Positions 11,605 through 20,000 of a DNA stretch of 20,000 bases are shown one piece after another. The number at the start of each line of letters is the position of its first letter. Within the stretch, counting starts at the first letter, position 1. This stretch comes from Welwitschia mirabilis (lineage: Eukaryota). The stretch is taken from positions 10,142,490 to 10,162,489 of the forward strand of contig JBOZIK010000001.1 in NCBI GenBank assembly GCA_051453625.1, read 5' to 3'. The translations under genes and the position numbers were made by a program. The notes beneath the pieces were generated by a model. That model was not told the origin of the DNA. It saw nothing but the letters and a program-made list of their open reading frames with translations, and did not search any database.

Positions 11605-12352
11605 TTTGTCTTAGGATTAAAGATTAGGAGAGAAATGTGAATATTTCAAAGAGGACCTAATATATATAGTGGTTTAAAATAGGTTGTAGAAGATTATGTT
11701 AAAGCTTTAGACTATTTTGCTGACAGAAGCTAGTAACATTAATAAGGCATGACAGCAGTTCTAGTTAAGATAAGAGTTTTGATATGGAAAAAAACTCATA
11801 GACTCAAAGGACTTATGCAAAACATATAGAATTACAAGTAATAGAGAAAATTCATAAAATAAAAATGGTAGAAAAACTAAAATAAATCCTATGAAAAATA
11901 ACTTCTAAATGTTTTTAAGTTTTTAAATTTTATTAGCAAAAATAAAAATAGAATAGAACAAAAAATTATAGAATGAAAATCTATAGAAAATAACCTAAAA
12001 TATATAAAAACATTATAATTTAAATTCAATTTCTCTTCTTTGATTACAATCTACAAAACAAAACATTATTATACCTACAACACGAATTTCTAATATTAAA
12101 TATAAATTAAGTTAGAGAAAAAAAGCTAAAGAAAACTAAAAACTTGGATCAATCTAGATTTCACTGAAAAAGGATTAGTACCCACTACTTGAAAGCAAAG
12201 AAAAATAAAATAAAAATAACACTAAAAAAAGAACAAAGAGGACTAGTTCGAGTATCTTTGCAATTGGATTGGTATCAATCACTGGCAACATAAAACTAAA
12301 TCAAAAATTACAAGAATAAAACTTATGCACTTTGAAAAGATACTATTGAAAA

Positions 12353-12370
12353 ATCCTAGAAATGGTGCTA
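12353..12370 (-). promoter_or_regulatory. Primer-binding site relic (Athila-type TGGCGCCGTTGCCGGGGA)
   Basis: Plus strand atcctagaaatggtgcta vs tccccggcaacggcgcca: 10/18 identical, and 6 of the 8 mismatches are C>T or G>A. Confidence 0.6.
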
Positions 12371-12376
12371 AAATAT

Positions 12377-13831
12377 TGTTTGTGGTATAGTAATGAAACA
12401 TATTTAAAACTAAGTAAATATCTAGTATCATTCCTCCATAGGAATATATAGGTGGTAACTGATCAAAAATAATATAAGAATTCTAACTTACAATAAACAA
12501 AACATAAAATCAAATTTGATATTTTAATGTGAAATTTGGTTGACAAGGTAAGGAAATGAATGTTTTTCAAAAGTCTAGCTAATTCATCTACTGCTTCATC
12601 TTTACTCCAGTTATTCATGAATTCTTAAAACATGAACTAAGATCATCAAGTCATTATGACTCAAAAGTGCTAACATAATCTGATTTACCATATGAATGTT
12701 AATAAATGTAATATTCCCTTGATTATTCATAGCCCTCCATAAACATAAAAAGTAAGGAAACTTATACTTAAGATCTATAACATTATAGTGACTATGACTA
12801 AAAGCTAATCTTAGAGAATTTACTCAATTATAAAAATTTTGATGAGAATGTAGCCTCACCTAAGAATTGCTTATACCCAATTAATGTACATTAAAAATAA
12901 AAGAATTAACAACTACTTCAATGACCAAAAACTAGCCTTAACTAAATATTGTAATACCAAGTTAATGTGCATTAATAATAAAGGAATAACTAGTTTTATA
13001 TGAAAACTTAAAAGATACATTACATTAATGGAAGAGAGGTAAAGTTAAATGGATTCGTCAATGAGCATTGTATAAATCTACCCCTAAGGATGTGCTTAGA
13101 ATGGCATGACATTATAACACTTTAAGTCTTTTCATCATGTTTTTTGAAGCCCTCAAAGATCCATTACAATAAGGAATCAAGGTTATTTCATAAATGATGG
13201 GAGGCTTAGGCATCTTTGAAATGTAGTGATTGATGGATGGTTACATAAAGGGAGTTACACTTAGGTGGTTACTTAAGGATGAAGTTATAAATTTTGGCAT
13301 GTAGCCTTAATAGAGAATTCCTTTGTCTTCTTATAAAATAAAGGTGATGACATGTTCTTTAAATGATGAAGAAGCTGCCACTAAATTCCATGTCATGTGT
13401 CCTCCATATCATTGTTCTCATTGTTATTACATGCACTGTCTCATGTTATTTTGCACTTCCACCATGTTTTATGAAAGTTGAAGGTTTATTCTATTTTAAC
13501 ATTTGACTGATTCCATAAGTATAATGTGATGTCTTTTCCATAAATATACCAAATCATAAGAATGAATATATTCTGGCTTAAAGGATCAATGGTATTGCTG
13601 ACCTAGATGATGGGCATCAACATTATCTACTAAATTTTCTTTAATTTGCAAAAGCTCTTTTAGAAGGTAGTAATAAATCTAAAAGTTTTATGAAAAAATT
13701 CGTAATTTTTTAAAACATGATAAAAAGGTAGAAGAAATCAATTTATGATAAAACAACTAATTTAATATCTCTATCTATGCAAAATTAATTAGATATACTT
13801 ACTTAGAATGTTAATATTTTTCATGTAAACA
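12377..13831 (-). repeat. Athila-like LTR (copy B, shared middle LTR, ~1.45 kb)
   Basis: Minus-strand termini TGTTTA...AAACA. PBS relic 6 bp off one end and PPT relic off the other. 61/74 identity to copy C in a hand-aligned block (12421-12494 vs 18475-18548). Confidence 0.7.
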
Positions 13832-13870
13832 CACTTTCTAATTAGACTTTTTCTAGTCTCTTAGCAAAAC
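13832..13870 (-). promoter_or_regulatory. Athila-type 3' end/PPT relic
   Basis: Minus strand reads gttttgctaagagactagaaaaagtctaattagaaagtg, then TGTTTA; cf. GTTTTGCTCGAGGACTAGCAAAAGTCTAAGTGTGGGGG. Confidence 0.55.
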
Positions 13871-16529
13871 ATTGGTAAAGAAATGATTAACACGGGAAAA
13901 ATTGTCTAAGTAAAATGTTCAAGCATGCAAATGATCAAATATTTTTAAAAAAAAAATTATCAATTTTTAACAAATAAGGCATCAAAATCAGAGTTTCTAG
14001 GGAAAAAATGAATGTCATATACTATAAAAAAAATTAAAGTTTATCCTCAATGTTAAAGAGATAGAAGATTTAATACAATATTTTTAAGAGTAAGTTAAAG
14101 TTTTCACTAAAGTAAAAGAAAGATGATTAGAATGTTCTACCCCTAAGACTACTTTAAAATCAACTAATGAAATGGTAAAATAAGTGTGTTAAATATCTAA
14201 ATGAATTACCTAAGGCTTTTCATCACTGAATGATGCATTTCTATAAACTTCAAGAATTTGCTTTGAATAATTATTCTACTTTAGAAGGTAGTTCCATCAT
14301 TTCATTTCAATTTTAACAAGATAGTAAGGTGTAAACATGTCCAAAAATGAGTCAAAAATAGCCTTCTCAATAATGACACCATGTTTTTTATTCATTTTTC
14401 TATAAAACTAGAAAGAAGAAAAAGAAAAACATAAAAAGAAAAGGGATGATAGAGATGAATAAAAGAAAATGTGAAATAAGAATTGGAAAATAAGATTTCA
14501 CATGAAATTTGTATGGAATATTATAAAGAAAGGCTAAAATCTAAAAAACAAATAGAGTATCCTCATTGTCTAGCATGGAAAAAGTCTTAAGAGATGGAAA
14601 ATTGTAGAAGTGGGATGTAGAATTGACTGAACAATGGTAGCACCAATTATAATATGTGGTAGTGTCACTAAAATGAAGTAGAAGTAATGGTGTAGTGGAC
14701 TATGGCTCAAGTGTAGCATAAGCAGAGCAACAAGGTTATAGGTATAGCAAAAGAATGAAGAAAATTAAGGGTATTTATAGATGAAGGGGTGAATTTAGAT
14801 AATTGGATCATTTAGGTAATTTAATGGTTAAGATGAGTTATAACATGAATTGAAGGATGGATTGATAGGTGAATTCATAAAAAACATAACTATGTTTTTC
14901 TGTTGGTTTTTTCTTTCATAAAAAATAATGGGTAAAGATACAATTTTAGAAGGAAAAACATAGACTTTAATGGAAGATGCATCAATCATAAATCAAAAAG
15001 ATAGAAAAACTAACTTAATAACAACTTTATTAACAATTGTACAAATTTCATTTTAAATTTAAAATTTGTCATGTTGTAGAATAAAGAAGATATCTTCTAA
15101 CTAAACCTATGAAAGTCCAAAAATTACTTTAACAAATCTTTAAGTATTTAAGTTAAAAAAAAGTAATCTCATAAGAATCTCCAAACTCCACATTTTTATT
15201 TTTACCTTCTCTATAAGCACATATATTTCTTGCTTTAAGCATTACAATAAAATCAAGCATCCAATATTATGGCATCTTCTTCCAACAAGATTAAGCATGT
15301 TATTCTACAAAGAAGTCAATATGACATTACTAGTGAGTGTTTCTAGCCTCGATGTAGTTGAATTTGTCATAAAATAGATCATTAGAGATGCATTTCCAGC
15401 AAGGATCCATAACCCTAATGTAGTTAACTAAATCCAATTTTAACTAGTCAATATATTATATGCTATTTAGAGAGGATTTTTTTTTAATTACTTCTTCTCA
15501 TATTTAATAAATTTCTAGGTACATGAAAGAGGTCATTAGATTATTAGCCTAATTAAGAAATGTTTTGTCCCCATCAAATGTTTTAAAAACAATTAACATA
15601 GTGTAAGAGTAGATTCATCCTTATTTAACCACTTTTTTTAATTAGAAGAGTTTTAATGACACTAACCTTAACAAGGTAACTTAGAAAATAAGTAAAGCTC
15701 CTTTTAGAAAAGTATAAGTAAACTTAAATTTTACCTAATTTATAATAACAAGATGATCACTTATTAACAGTTTATTTATTATGGATCATTAACTAGAATT
15801 ATCTAATTTTAAAAATTCATAAAGAAATGAAAGGGAAAAGTGATTAGTAAGTTCTATTAGGTAGTTCCAAATTGGAAGAGAAGGATGGTAAGGTCTGAGA
15901 GAATAATGATTTATTTCATGGGAGGAGTAAATTTTGGGATTTCCTAAGTAGAAGGATTTAAGACAATAATTATACAAGTAGTAGTGTTTGAGTGCTTTTA
16001 AATGAGAGAGGCTAGTAAAAATAAATATTTTTAATGTTTTTGATTTTTTTAAACCTAAACAAAGCCTAAAATAAAAATTTACCCTAAAACAAAAATCTAA
16101 ACTAAAAGCATACAATGAAACTAAAAATTTTGAAAGGAATTTTCCAAGGTAGTATATGTGTAAAGATGACTTCTAAGTGTGAAAATAAAGGTGGGATGAT
16201 TTGAAAATTTGTAAAGATTTTTGACATAGGAGAACATTCATGTGAATTTTTATTCCTGAATCCAAAAAAGTAGAAAACATATTAACAATACCAATAAAAT
16301 TTATTCATTCAAAGTTAGAAATAGTCTATTCTTTAGCTTGTTTTTTCTTATTCAACAACTCATGTAATACATCATTTTGAGGTGAAGGAAAAGATGATTT
16401 GGAGACCACTTGATAAGGTGAATGTTCATTAATAAAATTATCAAAAAATGATTAAAATACTAAAGAAGGTTTATCTTATTCATTGAGGTTTGAGTCTTAC
16501 TTAGAAAATAAAGATGACAGTGAAATATT

Positions 16530-17445
16530 TGGCTTAAGACATTGTTGAGAAAAGGTTATTTATATAATGGATAATGTAGGGGTTATTTTCTAATGTTCTC
16601 ATCTTCATTAAGACTATTAGGGGATTTCTCCTCATGTGTTTACACAAGTAACAACGGTTGTAATTCTATGTTTTCTTCATTAATATTACTTATTGACTCA
16701 TCCTCTATTATATAATTTTCAAAGATATAGCTTTTCTCAATTGATTGTTCATTGTTAATGATTGCCCATCCTCTGTTATGTTTAATCCTTTACTAAATTG
16801 TATTCTTATCATATAGAGTCTGTCATTCTCTAGTGCATTCTTAAACTCAAGGTACTTATGTATTTCCTTATGGATTTATTCATGGGTTTCTTTCTTATTC
16901 TTAAAGGTTAAGGCTAGTGTATCACTAATGTTACTATACTCATTCCTTTCAAGGATTTTAAGACTTTTAAGTTTATGGAATGTAAGAAGATCATCCTCTT
17001 TTTGTGTGTTAAGAATACTAGCGATTTGAGCATTGTTCTATGTCACTTATTGAAGAATTTTCTTAATATTTTCCATGATTTACTTTTGAGATTCTTTGAT
17101 TCCTATATCATTTTTTTTTTTTTAGAGAATGTAAATGTGGTTAATATAGAGGCATGTTAGAACAAAGTTGGATAGCACTTTCTAAAAAATTATATAGGAA
17201 ATCATCTAGGGATTTTAAAAAGGGTTGTTGAGAGTAGGAAGATGGATGGTATTAGTCAAATGATGAAGAATATGGAAAGGAAGATGAATGGTAAAGGTTG
17301 TAAGAAGTGGTGAAAAGCATGATATCAAACTCTATTTGTTTAAAATAAGGATTTTCACACTTAGAATTATAAAAAGGTTGATCTATCTATGGAAGGAATT
17401 CTAGGATTTTAACATATTCTCTCAAGGTTTGCCTAGTATTAGAAG
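16530..17445 (-). pseudogene. Decayed Ty3/gypsy gag relic
   Basis: Minus-strand hand translation: NTRQTLREYVK (~17440-17408, cf. RTLRDY), SLDDFLYNFL/RKCYP (~17212-17167, cf. SWDDL..AFL.KFFP), SWKILRKFFNK*H (~17078-17040, cf. AWERFK.LL.KCPH), ITFSQQCLK (~16560-16534, cf. PFPQRLK). Order is correct, identity low. Confidence 0.45.
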
Positions 17446-18406
17446 GATCCCTAGGTTTAAAATAGTATGATTTGTATTGGAAGTAATTCTCTCATAGTCA
17501 AATATAATATCCTACAATTTGTTTAGGTTAAACATAGTTCTAAAAATTATAGGGATTTTCATAGTTCTCATAAATAACTTATAGCTCAAAAGGTACTTCA
17601 AATGGATCATATGCCCAATCATGAAGAGTTTTAAAAAATGGTCAGTAAAATTTACTATAAATTTATATTTTCTTAACTTTTTAAGGTTTCAAAGGGATTT
17701 TTCTCTCACAACTAGTTTAAAACAAGTTGTAAAATGTTATGTTAATGTTTTAGACTATTTTGCTCATAGACATTAGTGGTGTTGATAAGGCATGGTAGTA
17801 ACACTAGTCAAGATAAAGAGTTCTGGTATGAAAAAAAAAATCATAAATTGATAGGACTTACATAAAATTTATAAACTTATAGAATAATAGATAAAATTCA
17901 TAGAAAATAAAAATCACAAAAAAAAAACTAAAATTAAACCTATGAAAAATGACTACTAAACATTTTTAAGTTTTTAAATTTTATTAGCAAACATAACAAT
18001 AAAACAAAATTCAAAATTATAAAAAGGAAATTTGCAGAAAATAATAGAGAACACATAAAAAGGTTAGAGCTTAAATTTAGTTTCTCTCCTTTGATTGAAA
18101 TCTACAAAAAAGGACATTGTTATACTTGTAATACAAATTTTTGATATGAAATGTGGATCAAGTTAGAGGAAATAAAAACTAAAGAAAACTCAAAACTTAG
18201 GCTAGTTTATATTCCACTAAAAAAGGCCTACTACCCATTAGTAGAAAGAAAAGGAAAGAGAAAAATAATAATACTCAAAAGGAAAAAAAAAAGGATTAGT
18301 TCAGCTATCACTAGAAATGAACCAATACTAACTACTAGGAATATAAAACTAAACTAAAAAATTATAAGATGAAAGATTATGCACTTCAAAAAGATATCAT
18401 GCTAAT

Positions 18407-18424
18407 ATCTTGACAATGCCATCA
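18407..18424 (-). promoter_or_regulatory. Second PBS relic (Athila-type)
   Basis: atcttgacaatgccatca vs tccccggcaacggcgcca: 9/18 identical, and 7 of 9 mismatches are C>T or G>A. Combined with the 12353 copy it reconstructs CC(C)GGCAA(C)GGCGCCA. Confidence 0.6.
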
Positions 18425-18430
18425 AAATCT

Positions 18431-19420
18431 TACTTTTAGTATAGTAATAAACTCAATTTAAAACTATGTGGATACCTAGGATCATTCTTTCACAAGGATA
18501 TACATGTGGTAACTTATCAAAAGTAATAAAAGAATTCTAACTTGCAATGAAAATCAAATAAAACATAAAATCAAAGGTAAGAATTTAATGTGAATTTGGT
18601 TAATGATGTAAGAAAAAAGATGTGCTATAAAGGTCTAGTTGATTTATCCAATACTCTAACTTCACTCTAATGATTCTTGTAATCCTAAAACATGCACTAA
18701 GATCATCAAGTCATTATGGCTTAGGCATTATCACATAATCTCATTCACCACAAGAGTGTTGATGAATTCAATAATTACTTAGTCTTGCATAGCCCTCCAT
18801 GAACATAGAAAATAAGGATACTTGTACTCAAGATATATATCATGACAATGACTATGACCAAAACTTAACCTTAAAGAATTTACTTCATTCTAAGAATCTT
18901 GATGGTGATGTAATCTTACCTAAGAATTGCTAATACCAAATTAATGTGCATTAATAATGAAAGAATGAACAACTACTTTAATAAATAAGAAATAGCCTTA
19001 CCCAAAGATTTTTAATACCAAATTAATTTAAATTAATAATAAAAAAGAATAACTAGTCTTATTTTAAAACCTAAAAGATAGATTACATTAATGAAAGGGA
19101 GTTGAAATTAAATGAACTCCTCAACTAGCCTTACACAAATCCACCTCAAAGAAAGATGTGTAGAATGTAAAGATGTCCTAATACTCCAAGTCTTTCCACT
19201 ACATTTTATCAAACCCTAAAAGATTAATTATAATAAGGGCTCAAGATTATTTTATAGATGAGAAAAACTTATTCATCTTTGGCATTTGATGGTCGATGGG
19301 TAGTTGCATAATGGTGGCTATACTTAGGTGGTTACTTAAGGAGGAAGTTACAAATTTTAACATGTGATCTTAACATAAGATTTTTTTATCTTCTTATGAA
19401 AGAGAGGTGGTAATATATTC
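18431..19420 (-). repeat. Athila-like LTR (copy C), interrupted by a younger insertion
   Basis: Colinear with 12377-13360 (for example, both contain actaagatcatcaagtcattatg, acctaagaattgct and cttaggtggttacttaagga). Homology stops abruptly at 19420. Confidence 0.8.
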
Positions 19421-20000
19421 TGTTAAGAACCCATTGTCATTGATTAAATTAATGAGATGGTGATATATTCAGATTCGGACGACTGCACATTATGTTCCAG
19501 GTGACCAAACACTGAAAACATAAACACCGGTTAATCCAAGGATGACCGTCATATTTATAAGGGCAACCACATTTCACTCAGACTGAGATAATCTGCTATC
19601 CATAATGATGATCAAGATTAATCATAAAGGTAACTACATTTCACTTGGACTGATACAATCTGCTATCCCTAAGGGTGACCGAGCTTATTCACATGGGTGA
19701 CCGTATGACTTGCAGTATACTCTAACCTGCTAGAAACACGGGCGACCGTAAATGTTAACAATGGTGACCTCATGATATACAGTAAGTCCCATCTAGATAA
19801 AAATACGGGTAACTGAAGATATCTAGATGGGCAACCCTACAACACGCAGCATGAGTTCTACTAACAGCATTACGGGTAATTTACCATAACTATACAGGCG
19901 ACCTAGTTAAGGGCGACCAGGTATTTTCACAAGGAAGACCGATCTTGCACCACACCCTGTACTGAGAAAATCAGTGAGAATATAGAGCGACCGGAAGATA
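19421..20000. mobile_element. Start of a younger inserted element, probably an LTR (TGTTAAGAACCC...), running off the window
   Basis: Begins with TG exactly where homology to LTR copy B breaks. GC and CpG content rise sharply, and there are ~15 GGGCGACC-like motifs. Family and orientation unknown. Confidence 0.7.
19561..19694. repeat. 67-bp tandem repeat (2 copies)
   Basis: gggcaaccacatttcactcagactgagataatctgctatcc... (19561) and aggtaactacatttcacttggactgatacaatctgctatcc... (19628); a third unit starts as gggtgacc at 19695. Confidence 0.85.

Larger units (their letters stand above)
11644..19420 (-). mobile_element. Degenerate non-autonomous Athila-like Ty3/gypsy element in head-to-tail tandem (LTR-PBS-internal-PPT-LTR-PBS-5'UTR)
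   Basis: 11644-13363 aligns with 17687-19420 at ~6.05 kb offset, including ~700 bp inside the PBS. Two PBS relics, one PPT relic and gag-like relics are present; no recognisable RT or integrase. Confidence 0.7.

Noticed and set aside
9436..18357. ORFs 9436-9666(-), 15789-16115(-), 16975-17160(+), 18151-18357(+)
   Set aside because: Low-complexity F/L/K/I-rich translations in TE non-coding or antisense sequence; the paralogue of 18151-18357 near 12100-12300 is not maintained as an ORF.
19499..19993. CRISPR-like array suggested by regularly recurring motifs (also 2385-2705 and 5561-5836)
   Set aside because: Repeats are only ~8 bp, degenerate and irregularly spaced, with no cas genes, in a eukaryotic TE context.

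Overview
AT-rich, strongly CpG-depleted, eukaryote-like (most likely plant) intergenic or heterochromatic DNA with a 100-N scaffold gap. I see no intact host gene, RNA gene or CRISPR array. The window reads as a nested pile of decayed LTR retrotransposons. (1) ~1380-6755 (+): 3' portion of a Sirevirus/SIRE-like Ty1/copia element, with a collapsed pol relic, an AGACGTCT palindrome cluster, an env-like pseudogene, an AAAAAGGGGGAGAT PPT and a ~1.36 kb LTR. (2) ~6850-8749 (+): Athila-like 3' end and LTR. (3) ~9160-9860 (+): a second copia RT/RNase H relic. (4) Three copies of one Athila-like LTR family: one on + (~10232-11604) and two on - (12377-13831, 18431-19420). The two minus copies form a head-to-tail ~6.05 kb tandem whose middle LTR has both a PPT and a PBS, and the plus copy forms a large inverted repeat with it. 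(5) 19421-end: a younger, CpG-retaining, TG-starting insertion rich in GGGCGACC motifs. All family assignments come from motifs recognised by eye, with no database search. I found no convincing new biological system; the most interesting points are architectural.
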